Of a stretch of 64,000 bases of DNA, positions 26,727 through 39,905 are shown in pieces. Made by a program: the position numbers and the translations under genes. Source of the stretch: Malacoraja senta. Its lineage: Eukaryota. Under the pieces are notes generated by a model. The model did no database searches. It had not been told where the DNA came from and saw nothing but the letters and a program-made list of their open reading frames with translations. The first letter of the stretch is position 1. Every line of letters begins with the position of its first letter. The DNA lies in the NCBI GenBank assembly GCA_038087875.1, contig CM075993.1:4466001-4530000 (forward strand). The letters run 5' to 3'.

Positions 26727-27083
26727 AAAACATTCAGCATGCAAAAAGCGACGAAAATTCAGCACGGGGAAAGCCACGAAAATTCAGCACGCGAAAAGTG
26801 ATGAACCTTCAGGACACCAAAAGCGATGAAAATTTAGCACGTGAAAAGAAACGAAAATTCAGGACGAGAAAATCGCCGGAAATTCAGGACGCGAAAGGCA
26901 ACGAAAATTCAAAATGCCAAAACGACATAAATTCAGGACCTAAAAAGCGACAAAATTACAGGACATAAAGCGATGACATTTCAGCACACGAACTAACAAA
27001 AATTCAGAAGGCGAAAAGCAACGAAAATTCAAAACACGTAAACCGACGTAAATTCAGGACGCAAAAAGCGATGGAAATTCATG
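26727..27083. repeat. Diverged 25-bp minisatellite, about 14 units
   Basis: Approximate consensus AAAATTCAGSACGCGAAAAGCGACG read by eye. Confidence 0.9.
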
Positions 27084-27583
27084 ATAAATGATTTAATGAT
27101 AAAACACCATTGATCAAGCATGCGAACCAACAAAATACCAGATCAAAGGGAGGCTACAGATTTTTGGCTGTTGAGTAGAGCAACTACTCGTGGATAAAAA
27201 CGTGCAAGTTGGTGTTAAATGATTTCTTATGTCATAAATCCAATTTTAAAAATAACTTTAGAGATGCCTTAACAATCCTGGAATCCTGAACAAAACACAA
27301 CAAAGTGGTGGAGGAACTCAGCAGGTCAGGCTGCATCTGTGGAGGGAATGGACCAGGACCCCTTTTCAGACTTTCTTCTCAAAAATGGCCACGATGACCC
27401 GATGAATCCCTCCAAAAAAAAAAACATTATATGGTGCTAATAATCTCAACATCAATAATTAATATGCACCTCAGCAAGCCTGGATTATTACAAATGCTGC
27501 AAAATATGATTATTAGTTGATAGACACAAAATGCTGGAGTAACTCAGCAGGACAGGCAGCGTCTCAGGAGAAGAGGAATGGGT

Positions 27584-27611
27584 GACGTTTCGGGTCGAGA
27601 CCCTTCTTCAG
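27584..27611 (-). ncRNA. Candidate minimal hammerhead core, sense to the ETFA pre-mRNA (intron 9)
   Basis: Reverse complement is CTGAAGAAGGGTCTCGACCCGAAACGTC. Another intact minus-strand copy lies at 56334-56361. Confidence 0.55.
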
Positions 27612-27996
27612 GCACCTCGACCCGAAACGTCACCCATTCCTTCTCTCCTGTGATGCTGCCTGTCCCGCTGAGTTACTCTAGCATTTTGTGTCTACCTGCG
27701 GTTTAAACCAGCATCTGCAGTTCCTTCGTACACGTGATTATTTAGTTGGTCATTTTCCACCAATGAAAGCAAAACAAATATTGGTTTAAAAAAGTTACAA
27801 AGTTTGTACTTGCACTACCTTAGTAAATAGAATGAGATAATCGATCAGATATACAGGTTTTTAGCAACCATGTGTAACCTGACTATTCAGACTTTGAACG
27901 TTAAAAGCTGCATTGAGGTGATTGTCAATGGAAATTTCCTACTGAATGTACAATAGAAATCTGGTCCAAATATCAGAAACCTAAACTGTAAAGACA

Positions 27997-28160
27997 TATT
28001 GTAACTCATTGTAACTCATTGTTGCACATTGTTACACATCGTAACACATTGTTGTACTTTGTTGCACATTGTTGCACATTGTTACACATCGTAACACATT
28101 GTTGTACTTTGTTGCACATTGTTACACATTGTTGCAATTTGTCGCATATCGCAGTACATC
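27997..28160. repeat. 10-bp tandem repeat (ATTGTTRCAC) with a 50-bp higher-order duplication
   Basis: Directly visible repeated decamers. Confidence 0.85.
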
Positions 28161-28165
28161 GTTAA

Positions 28166-28630
28166 AGGCCTGTCTCACGAGTCTGCGGTCATTGGCGGTG
28201 ATACAGGAAGTATCTACCGCTCGTGGACCGCCAGAGACCGCGGGTTCGGTCAAACGCCCACCGCCGAGGCCGTGCGGCGTTGGTCCCAACACCGCACGGT
28301 GCTCACAAAAAGTCAGCACTGTTGAAAAATAATTTCTTACCGCACAGCCGCCATCAGTGAGGCATGGTCACCGCCACAGCCGCCGCCAGTGCAGCACGAG
28401 CGCCGTGAGTGGAACTCTCACCGCCACAGCCTCCGCCAGTGAGGCACGTGTGCAGCACGGGCGCCGCGATCAGCACTACCGCCGCCACAGCCCCGCTTGC
28501 TTTATTTTCTATAACACCGCAAGCTCGTGGGACCGGCCATACTCGGCACTCTCGGGGTTGACGTGCGGTCCCCTCTTCCGGCGACGCCGCGCTTCACCGC
28601 CAATGACCGCAACACCGTGAGACAGAGCCT
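28166..28630. mobile_element. GC-rich MITE with related termini (AGGCCTGTCTCACG)
   Basis: Imperfect TIRs plus subterminal inverted repeat gcggtcattggcggtga/tcaccgccaatgaccgc. Confidence 0.6.
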
Positions 28631-28921
28631 ACACTGCAAACAACCGTGTTTATAAAGGCAGGGGAAAAAAGGGTTTCTTGCTTAAACAGTAACGCTGATA
28701 AACCAAAAATCCGATTCTAAATCACACAGCTCGTGCATTGTCTCTCCCAGAGGTCTTTACACGGATATACAGAGAATGAAGGAATATGGATCACGTGCAA
28801 CCAGACATTAGGTTATCTCGGCATCATGTTTGGCATGGTCATAGTGGGCCAAAGGCCATGTTCCTATGCTGCACTGTTCTATGTGTCCATATATATACAT
28901 ATACACACACATATATAATAC

Positions 28922-29325
<404 letters not shown>

Positions 29326-32300
29326 ACTTTTTTCTCTCTCTCGTTTACTATATTGTTTAAAGTGTACTATGTTTACATATTCTGCTGTGCTGCTGCAAGT
29401 AAGAATTTCATTGTTCTATCTGGGACATATGATACTCTTGACTATGTTAAGTTCTTGTCAATTAAACCCAGACATAACGCTCAAATTTCCCCCCAGTTTT
29501 TCATAAAACAAGGAAGCAAAATCCAATTCAAATCGAATTCCAATTCCAAATCAGTCTGACGGACCGTTTCTGTAGGCTTGTATTCACTGGAGTTTAGAAG
29601 GATGAGGGGGAGATCTTATAGAAACATATAAAATTATAAAAGGACTGGACAAGCTAGATGCATGAAAAATGTTCCCAATGTTGGGCGAGTCCAGAACCAG
29701 GGGACACAGTCTTAAAATAAAGGGGAGGCTATTTAAGACTGAGGTGAGAAAAAACGTTTTCACTCAATGAGAGTTGTGAATTTGTGGAATTCCCTGCCAC
29801 AGAGGGCAGTGGAGGCCAAATCACTGGATGGATTTAAGAGAGAGTTAGATAGAGCTCTAGGGACTAGTGGAATCAAGGGATAAGGGGAGAAGGCAGGCAC
29901 GGGGTATTGATTTGGGACAATCAGCCATGGTCACAATGAATGGCGGTGCTGGCTCGAAGGGCCGAATGGCCTCCTCCTGCACCTATTTTCTATGTTTCTA
30001 AGATCCCGACACAAAACATCACGTATCGACATTCTTCAGAGAGGCTGCCTGGCCCACTGAGTTACTCTAGCATTTTGTGTCTTTCTTTGGTTAAAAACTC
30101 GCATCTGCAGCTCCTTGTTATTAGAGCAAACTCCAATTCACTTTGCAAGGTTATTGGCGAATTTGCTTCCACTACTTTCTTGCGGTGATTTTGTTACGGT
30201 TACATGACTGAAAAAAATCATTCCCCACCCAGTCCTGACTCCGTCAGTGTAAACCAGATCATCCAGTCTACGTTACGATACGATAAAACGTTATTCATCC
30301 CCGGAGAAAAATTGGTCTGCCGACAGTCACAACACACGAGGTGCACAAAAACTTGAAATTAAAAGTGAAAACAAAAAGAAAAAGACAAGCGACTGTTGGT
30401 TGGCTGCCGTGTGCACAGCGCCTTCGCCAGAGCAAATGAACAAACAAACCAACACAGACTTATCCCGTGGGCAGAGGATTCCAAACACCCCCCCCCCTCC
30501 CCCCACACACTGTACCAGAAGATAATTGGTATCAAATCTCATTGTACCTCTGTGCAATGACAATAAAAAATATTATTATTATTATATTATTATTGTAAAC
30601 TCCCTTGGAACAAACATTAAATTATACCAGAGCACTGCTCTGGTGCTCAATTCATCCATTTTACTGAAATTAAAATGAAGCATGGTGTATGCTTATGAAT
30701 AGACTATAAGTGATGTAAGCATCTGGCTGGAGACCATGATATGGAACAAAATGAAATTAGAATTGCCCAGCAATGATGAAAATTTTGTCCCAAACGATTT
30801 GTAAAAATGTATTTTTCCACCTTAAAAAGGGTCCAAAATAATCAAAGCAACACCGTGTTAAGTGCTTTTGTGCTTTTAAATTAAAAGTGTATCGTGGTGA
30901 AGAAGAAAATCCATTCAATTGCAAACAGTGCTGTATTATCTGACCATCAACTGCTGGGACTGCTTTTAACCATCACCAAACAACAAAAAATCTCATAGTA
31001 CACAATTCTTCCGTCTTGTACAAGTATTCACTTTGTCCTAGACTATGCGCTTGATGGTTTAGCGTTCTGCCTTCATCTGTCCCCAGACACACACCCTGAC
31101 CACTGCATTAAATATCGATCTTTCGCATTTGTTCAAAAAGCCTAAGTGAATTTGTCCATTGCAGGGAAGGGATTGCATTCTCGCGAATAGAGAAATAAAT
31201 GCCCGACAGCGAAAATATTCAGCAGGTCACGCAGCACGTGTGGAGAAATAAATAAAAACTAACATTTCAAGTTAACGATTTACGGTTTTGGTACGGTGGC
31301 GCAGAGTTGCTGCCTCACAGCACGAGACACCCGGGATCGACCCTGACTTCGGGTGCTGTCTGTGCGGAGTTTGCACATTCTCTTTGTGAATGCGTGGGTT
31401 TTCTCCGGGTGCTCCGGTTCTATTTTTTATACCTGATCAGGGTGGTGTTAGTAAATCTCAGCTTGTAGATACATAGATACATAGACAATAGGTGCAGGAG
31501 TAGGCCATTCGGCCCTTTGAGCCAGCACCGCCATTCAATGTGATCATGGCTGATCATCCCCAATCAGTACCCCGTTCCTGCCTTCTCCCTATACCCCTTG
31601 ATTCTGCTAGCCCGAAGAGCTCTATCTAACTCTCGTTTGAATGCATCCAGTGAATCCATCGGCCTTCTGAGGCAGAAAATTACAGAAATGCACAACTCTG
31701 TGTGAAAAAGGTTTTTCTCATCTCAAATGGCCTACCCCTTATTCTTAAACTGTGGGCCCGGTTCTGGACTCCCCCAACATCAGGAACATGTCTCCTGCAT
31801 CTAGCATGACCAATCCCTTAATATTTTTATATGTTTCTATAAGATAACCTCTGATCCTTCTAAATTCCAGTGGACACAAGCCCAGTCGCTCCGTTCTTTC
31901 ATCATATGAGCATGTGGAGCATGAGGAGATAAAATTGATTTCACCATCCGAGATTAGTGAGGGATTGGGATTGGCAGGGATGGGAAGGGAAGAACAAGAA
32001 CAAGCCAGAGGTGCACATGCACAAGGAAGGGGCGAAGTCAAGTTCTCCAACGACACTCTTGTCCCCTGGAAAAACTATCAGCAAAGTTGAAAAGCGTGTC
32101 CCAACAAGCAGTTGACGGTGTGATATTTATGGCTTTCTGCCACTTGTTTGCATGCAACTGTAAAGCCAACATTGCATGCAACACCAAATCATATAGACCC
32201 GGAGGCTCCATCTTCAGTTCAGTGGGACAGGCAGCATGTCTGGAGCAAAGGAATGGGTGATGTTTCGGGTCAAGACCCTTCTTCATCCAAATGTATTCGG

Positions 32301-33589
32301 AAAACCAGTCATAGTGGGAATTACACGGTGAAACTGAGAGGGCTCCAATAATTGTATAATGGTTCTAACGGCAAGTAAAGGGTGATGCAACATGAAGACA
32401 AAACTGAATTGATCCACAATCCCGGTGCTAAAGTCAAATAGATTAGTTCAGTTTAGTTTATTCTCACGTGTAGCGAGGAACAGTGAAAATCTTTTGGTGA
32501 GTGCTAACCAGTCAGCAGAAAGACAATACATGATTACAATCGATCCATTTACAGTGTAGAGATACATGAGAAGGGAAAAACGTTTAGTGCAAGGTAAAGC
32601 CAGCAAAGTCCGATCAAGGATAGTCCAAGGGTCATCGAAGAGGTAGATAGTAGTTCAGCACTATCGAGCCCATTGCTTTGGTGTATTCTTAAGAAAGAGA
32701 TGGCAGATGGTGGCAACATTAACCTAGATAAGTAAGCACTTTCAGGGGCCAAAGTAGAAGAAATGAAAGTAATTTAAAGTGGGAATAAAAAGATCTTTAT
32801 GTGACCGACATCTCCCAGACTTCTTATGTCATCAGGACATTTCAATAAATATCCATTTACAATTTAATCAGTTTGATCCACAAAGACTCCATACATTTGC
32901 CATAAATAGGAATACTGAGATGTATTAAATACAGCCAAAGTCTCTTTAAAAGGCAGATGCAAAGATTAACTATCTACATTTGTTTAAATTTGCAACTATC
33001 TAATCACAAATGCCTTAAATCCCACATGAACGGGACAATTTAAACTTAGGAGCAGATTATATTGCAAAGCAGATATGTAATATATTGTTACAAGAAGTTC
33101 AAATAAATTTCGTTAATAATTACTTTGGACTGTTGCGATTTAATTAGATGATAGCACGGGAGTGCCTTAGGGGGCCTTCTAGCGAGTTGGAAAACGCACT
33201 GAGGGGTTAGGGTGGGGGTAGGGGTGGTGGAAAGGCACTGGTTTCTGCAATTTCAGCTCTATATTTTACACTCACAAATTATTGAAGAAAATGTCAGCTA
33301 GCCAGGCTGGGAAACCGCATTATAAACCAGGCACCTCAAAATGGAAAAACACCATTTCAGCAGAGGGCCACACGTTAATCAAAGTTACCGGCCTACAAAG
33401 TGGGACATTTTTCATTTGAGACAGACACGACCAAAATGGAATGCAAAAAGACTATTGAAACAAAGGCTGCCGCAAAACCCAGTTAGAACGTTATGTCATC
33501 CTGAAGAAGAGGAAACTGAATTGCTGCTTAGAATGCTTTGGAAAAATTGGTGAGGAATATTTGTGATGGGTGAGAACGCAAGATTAGCG

Positions 33590-33857
33590 AGAGAAAGCAC
33601 GAGAAGAGAGGGAGGGGGAGAGGGAGAGAGGGGGAGAGAGGGAGAGGGGATAGGGGAGAGGGAGAGTGGGAGAGAGGGAGAGAGAATGAGAGAGAGAATG
33701 AGAGAGAGGAAAAGAGAGAGGGAGGGAGAGGGAGGCAGGGGGAGAGGGAGGAAGAGGGAGGAAGAGAGAGGGGGAGGGGGCCGGCGATGGGGAAGGGGAG
33801 GGGGAAGGGTAGGGGGAGGGGGAGGAAGAGAGAGGGAGAGGGAGAGAATGGGAGGAT
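33590..33857. repeat. GA-rich low-complexity tract
   Basis: Directly visible purine tract. Confidence 0.95.
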
Positions 33858-35818
33858 GGGACAAAGACCCATCATTTATTTATTTGCCTCTGTACTCCAC
33901 AATTTGAGATTTGTAATAGAAAAAAATTACATGTGCTTAAAGTGCACATTGTCAGATTTTAATAAAGGCCATTTTATACATTTTGGTTTCAATGTATAAA
34001 ATGTATAAACTGCTTGTAGAAATTACAGCAGTGTTTATACATAGTGCCCCCATTTCAGGGCACCATGTTTGGGACACAGCAATGTCATGTAAATGTAAGT
34101 AGTCATGTTTAGTATTTTGTTGCATATCCTTTGCATGCAATGACTGCTTGAAGTCTGCGATTCATGGACATCACCAGTTGCTGGGTGTCTTCTCTGGTGA
34201 TGCTCAGCCAGGCCCTATTGCAGCCATCTTTAGCTTATGCTTATGCTTGTTTTGGGGGCTAGTCCCCTTCAGTTTTCTCTTCAGCATATAAAAGGCAAGC
34301 TCAATTGGGTTCAGATTGGGTGATAGACTTGGCCACTCGGGAATTTACATTTTTTTAGCTTTGAAAGACTCCTTTATTGCTTTAGCAGTATGTTTAGGAT
34401 CATTGTCTTGCTGTAGAATGAACCGCCGGCCAATGAGTTTTGAGGCATTTGTTTGAACTTGAACAGATAAGATGTGTCCATACACTTCAGAATTCATTAT
34501 GCTACTACCATCAGCAGTTGTATCATCAATGAAGATAAGTGAGTCAGTACCTTCAGAGCCATACATGCCCAGGCCATAACACCCCCACCACCGTGTTTCA
34601 CAGATGAGGTGGTATGCTTTGGATCTTGGGCAGTTCCTTCCCTCCTCCATACTTTGCTCTTGCCATCACTCTGATATAAGTTAATCTTCGTCTCATCTAT
34701 CCACAAGACTTCTTTCCAAAATTGTGGTTGCTCTTTTAAGTACTTCTTGGCAAACTGTAAACTGGCCATCCTATTTTTGCAGCTAATCAGTGGTTTGCAT
34801 CTTGCAGTGTAGCCTCTGTATTTCTGTTCATGAAGTCTTCTGTGGACAGTGGTCATTGACAAATCCACACCTGACTCCTGAAGACAATAGGTGCAGTAGG
34901 CCATTCGACTCTTCGAGCCAGCACCGCCGTTCAATGTGATCATGGCTGATCATCCCCAATCAGTACCCCGTTCCTGCCTTCTCCCCATATCCCCTATCTT
35001 TAAGAGCCCCATCTAGCTCTCTCTTGAAAGTATCCAGAGAACCGGCCTTCACCACCCTCCGAGGCAGAGAATTCCACAGACTTGCAACTCTTTGTGTGAA
35101 AAAGTGTTTCCTCATCTCCGTTCTAAATGACTTACCCCTTATTCTTAAACTGTGGCCCCTGCTTCTGGACCCCAACATTGGGAACATGTTTTCTGCCTCT
35201 AGCGTGTCCAAACCCTTTATAATCTTATATGTTTCAATAAGATACCCTCTCATCCTAAATTCCAGAGTATACAAGCCCAGCCACTCCATTCTCACAGCAT
35301 ATGACAGTCCCGCCACAGAATAAAACTGTTAGAGACATCAGCCAAACACTATGCTTACCAAAATCAACTGTTTGGAACATCATTAAGAAGAAAGAGAGCA
35401 CTGGTGAGCTTACTAATCGCAAAGGGACTGGCATAACTTTGGTCCTCATGTTGATAAACAGCAATAAAAGTTTCCAAAGGTGATGGGAAGACTGGAGGAA
35501 AGACTAGGTGCTGAGAGCTGTCTTATACCTGCATTAAGGAGGCATGTAAACACACCTGAGCAATTACAGATACCTGTGAAGCCATGAGTCTCAAACATTA
35601 TGGTGCCCTGAAATTGGGGGGGGGGGAGGCTATGTATAAATACAGCTGTTATTTCTACATGGTGAAACCAAAATGTATAAAAATGGCCTTTAATAAAATC
35701 TGACAATTTGTACTTTAACCACATGTGATTTTTTTCTATTACAAATCTCAAAATTGTGGAGAACAGAGGCAAATAAATAAATGATGGGTCTTTGTCCTAA
35801 ACATTATGGAGGGCACTG
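33858..35818 (-). mobile_element. Degenerate Tc1/mariner DNA transposon (DD34E-type), interrupted by a CR1 fragment
   Basis: Transposase remnants TTVHRRL..ARCKPLIS..NRMASLQFAK..VLWIDETKINL..VKHGGGGVMAWACM and FILQQDNDPKHTAK. Inverted repeats of about 200 bp; the right end is ...catTATGGAGGGCACTG followed by TA. The left tip is replaced by GA-rich sequence. Confidence 0.9.
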
Positions 35819-38342
35819 TAGACAGACAATTTATGGGCTTTGAGCTACTCATGCAGGTAAAGCTCGTGAGTCGCGATTTTATTACAAGCACGTTTCCGGG
35901 TAAATTTCACACTCTGTTTGTGTTCCATTGCCATTGAAAGAAAGATTGAAGAAAATGCCAGACTCAGAGGCCAGTTCTTTTGTGTAAGAAGAGGACAAAA
36001 TGCACAGATAAACTGATTCTTTTTAAATGGCTGCACTTCAGTCAATCTGTCTAAGCTTCTGTTTACATGAAAGATGATACACTAAACATATGCTTTAGTA
36101 GACGAGGTGGGGTGTCAAAGGAACACATGGTGACATATGATATGTAATGCAGACTCCTTCCTTTCTGCTGAATGTACATGGCATTGGTCATTTAATCAAG
36201 AGGAACAATAAAATCAACTTCACAAGATCTACTTACGTCAAATGCTTTAGAGTTTTGCTCGACAAAGTTTCATGAAAGGACATTTGCCATGATATTGGTA
36301 TCAAATTATCTTCCATGTGAAATTCTTCCCAATACTTCACAGAAAAGAATTGGCAATTTTGTTTTGAATCAGGGAGTTTAATGGCAAAGAATTTATTTTA
36401 AAAAACACTACATTAAACTCATCAAGATATCCCTAGATGAAATGGGACTAATTGGCTCTTTGTCATTTGAACGAGTTATTAGCAAGGAAATTGAGCTCTG
36501 GATGTATCTGCTCCACACTGGTTTCCTCCCAAGTCTATGGCTTTCTCCAGCTTCCATCAGGGAGACCATGTAATGACTCTCTCAGTGAGTGCTTAGGGTG
36601 TCTGCTGGAGTGAGAGGCCCTGCACTGCTTCCTTCTGGGCTCCAGGGAGCAGCGCATCAATTGCTCTCAGCTAAATGCACTTGCCCATGAATATTTCAGT
36701 GCAATTTAATGTTTCTGTACAAACCCCTCAGGAGCAGAGCATCAATTTGTGAACAGAGCTCTTGCAGAGTTAAAAGCCAGGCCATATACTGCAATATCAA
36801 AAAGTCCGGAAACCTGCTGGGAATTTATTTTTAGTAAAAGCAGGAGGCAGCGGTGAAGCTAGCCTTTAAGAGTTCCTGCTGCACACAAACATACTCGCAG
36901 AAGTTTCTCCTGCGGTCTACCCAACTCCCAGCACAGACAAATCATTTTGCTTTTCCAAGACAAAAAGACAACATGGAAAGCAAAGCAATTTGCAAGCCTC
37001 GACCCAAACCACCAAAGGTCCCGGCAGATGCCAGTTGTTCCACATTTCTCCATTTACAGTAACACATGAACACACATAATCTGCCGCCATGTTAAAGGAA
37101 AGGACTACAATACGCATTGCAAAAACTAACACTGCCTCCAGTGAACAATGGATTGCAACAATTTTCAAGCCACAACTAGTTACCTCACCCATTATTTCTC
37201 TCCAGAGATGCTGTCTGTCCTGCTGAGTTACTCCAGCATTTTGTGTCTATCCTCGGTGTAAACCAGCATCTGCAGTTCCTTCCTGCACTAGTTATTCGGG
37301 CTGGAGAGATGTTAACTCAGTCAGACGTGTTCACACTTTGCGGGTACATGACAATACACAAACATATGCACTCTGCCACACATGGGCTTATACTTACAGC
37401 CTGCCGTATGCCATCTCTAATTCAAACCATCACTCAGTGAACAATAACTTCGCAAACGCGCTTCGAAAAGCAATGAGAGTCCCTCCGTACTGCACAGGAG
37501 CGCCAGTGTGGTTTCATGTATTCTAGACTTGTAATGGAAACTAATTCCACAAGCTATGACAATGACGTGAAAGTGCTACAAACTTGGAGTCAGGTAGATA
37601 CCGTTTAATTAAGGATGAACAGTACAAGTCAATTCAACCTAACATTTTGCAGCTGGGAAAATCAGAAATACTTCAAAGTAACTGCCACGGACAGTTAGTA
37701 CTTATTAGCTACTGCAAAGGTTAAATATCCCATCAGCTCCTTCATCTGTGTAGAACTATTCCAACATCTTAACCTGAGCATCACTTATTGGTGTTGCAAA
37801 AATATTGTACGAGATCAGAGCTACAAAAAAAAACATTCCAGGATACAATCACAAGGCAAGGGAAAGACTTGCCTACTGGGCTTTCATGGGAACATCTTCC
37901 AATGTGCTATATAACTTTCAGCCAAAATTGAAATGGTTAAAAAGACCCAAGAGAATAATACTGGTTCGATCTATCTGCAGGATTCAAGAGTGACATGTTT
38001 TTTATATTAATGAAAGCCTGGTCAATTTCCATATTCGTGCTATATTTTATACTATTTATTTTAAGTGGTTCTGTATCTTATAAGTAGTGAGGTATAAAAG
38101 CACCTGTTGGTATGACATGTTGGGACACACGGGCTTTGATATATGCTCTAAAAGGAGCCGACAGATTTTAGATGCGAAACACCGCGTCCATTGCGGGGTT
38201 AAACTCTGAAAGTCTACTTGTATGTGGCTGCAATTAACAATATACCAAACCTCGCTCCATGAAGGAGAAATTAGCACAGACTTTCCAATAGTCTTTTAGG
38301 TTGATAATTCTGTGAGGGTTTCAAATAAAGGCTAAAGAGTTA

Positions 38343-38630
38343 AGGGCCTGTCCCATTTTCCCGAGTTACTCACGAATTCTCCCGAGTTTTCCCCTTGATT
38401 CAAACCCGGAGAATGTCCGTAGCGAGTCCGTAGATATATCTTAGCGGCTCGTTATGCCAGCCGTAGGTACTCGGGGCATCAGGTAAGTTGGGACGTTGTT
38501 TCCAGCATGTCAATAAAGTCCATGAGTGAAAAGATAGTCAGGTGGAGGAGTTCGTAGATCACAAAAAACTTGATTTCTTTTTAAGGTCCTTTCAACTTGG
38601 CAGAGGACTCGGGAAAGTGGGACAGGCCCT
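38343..38630. mobile_element. PIF/Harbinger-type MITE, subfamily A
   Basis: TTA|AGGGCCTGTCCCA...TGGGACAGGCCCT|TTA. Confidence 0.82.
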
Positions 38631-39434
38631 TTAAGGGAGAGAAATCTTTTCCAAATTGGGGGCAAACTAGCTTTGAACAATTTCTCTTTTTTCCTGCTAC
38701 CAGAAAGAAAACAATGAGAGTACTCTGATAATGCAAAGATGAGTGACCAAATAGACCACCTGGGAAGATACACCTTTCACGATTTTTGTAATTGCAAATT
38801 GCATCATTCTTCATTAAGGTTAGCCAGTGTATATCCCAACACCATCCGATAGTTTACACACAAAACTAACTGGAAAATTAAATGCGCTATTTCTGATTAG
38901 CAAGTAATGAGGAGCAACGGATATCAATATTTACCATTCATTTGATAGACAAAGAGCTAATTAAAAATTCAGAAGGATCTCGATCCGAAACGCACCCATT
39001 GCTTCTCTCCAGAGATGCTGCCTGTCCCGCTGAGTTACTCCAGCATTTTGTGTCTATTTTCAGTTTAAAGCATCTGCAGTTCCTCATTATCATTCATGTA
39101 ATATACTTAATATACACAATCTACACACCTTGTTGTGTGTTTGTTGGTAATATGCCAGGCTACATCACAAGAGTTTTACTTCTTTGGGTACCAAATGGAA
39201 TATACTTGATAACACAGAAAATATATCCACCTGGAAATCCCCGTCTCACTTCCAAGCTTTCATTGTACTGAAATGTGGGGATAAGATGGTCTCTGTATTT
39301 CAAGCCAGTACTATGCCTGATGCACCTCCCACATATGTTGAAGGTGTAGATAGGAAGTTGCGTGACAAAGGAACAAAAGGATGCACCAGCAAGGTTAGAT
39401 GAGTGATGAGTTTGACCTTCAAGCTCACCAAACT

Positions 39435-39905
39435 TAGATCAACTTTGAGAAATTGCAGTGAATTGTGGACGCAGCCCAGGCCATCACGCTAACCAACCTG
39501 CCTTCCATTAACTCCATCCACACTGCCTCGGCAAGGCCACCAGCATGAGTCTCACTCCGGACACATCCGTCTTCTCCCCTCTCCCACCAGGCAAGGGGTA
39601 CAGAAGTGTGAAAACGCACACCTCCAGATTCAGGGACAGCTTCTTCCCAGCTTTTATCAGGCAACTGAACCATCCTCACCCCAGCTTGAGAGCAGTCCTG
39701 ACCTACCATCCACTTCAAATGAGACCCTCGGACTAACTTTGATCGGACTTCACCTTGCACTAATAGTTTATTCCCTCTATCCTGTATCTGTACACTGTGG
39801 ATGGTTTGATTGTAATCATGCGTAATCATTCCGCTGACTGGATAGCATGCAACAAAAAAAAACTTTTCACTGTACCTTGATATACATGACAATAAACTAA
39901 ACTAA
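39435..39905 (+). mobile_element. Rex1/Babar-like LINE 3' fragment
   Basis: FSPLPPGKGYRSVKTHTSRFRDSFFP, with 3' end cactgtacct...tgacaataaactaaact. Relatives at about 42250-42520, 32445-32660(-), 24480-24607(-). Confidence 0.7.

Noticed and set aside
26727..27083. CRISPR-like periodicity
   Set aside because: Units are contiguous with no unique spacers, there are no cas genes, and the context is eukaryotic.
33496..33999. Pro/Ser/Leu and Arg/Glu/Gly-rich ORFs (also 63377-63747)
   Set aside because: Low-complexity GA/CT tracts.
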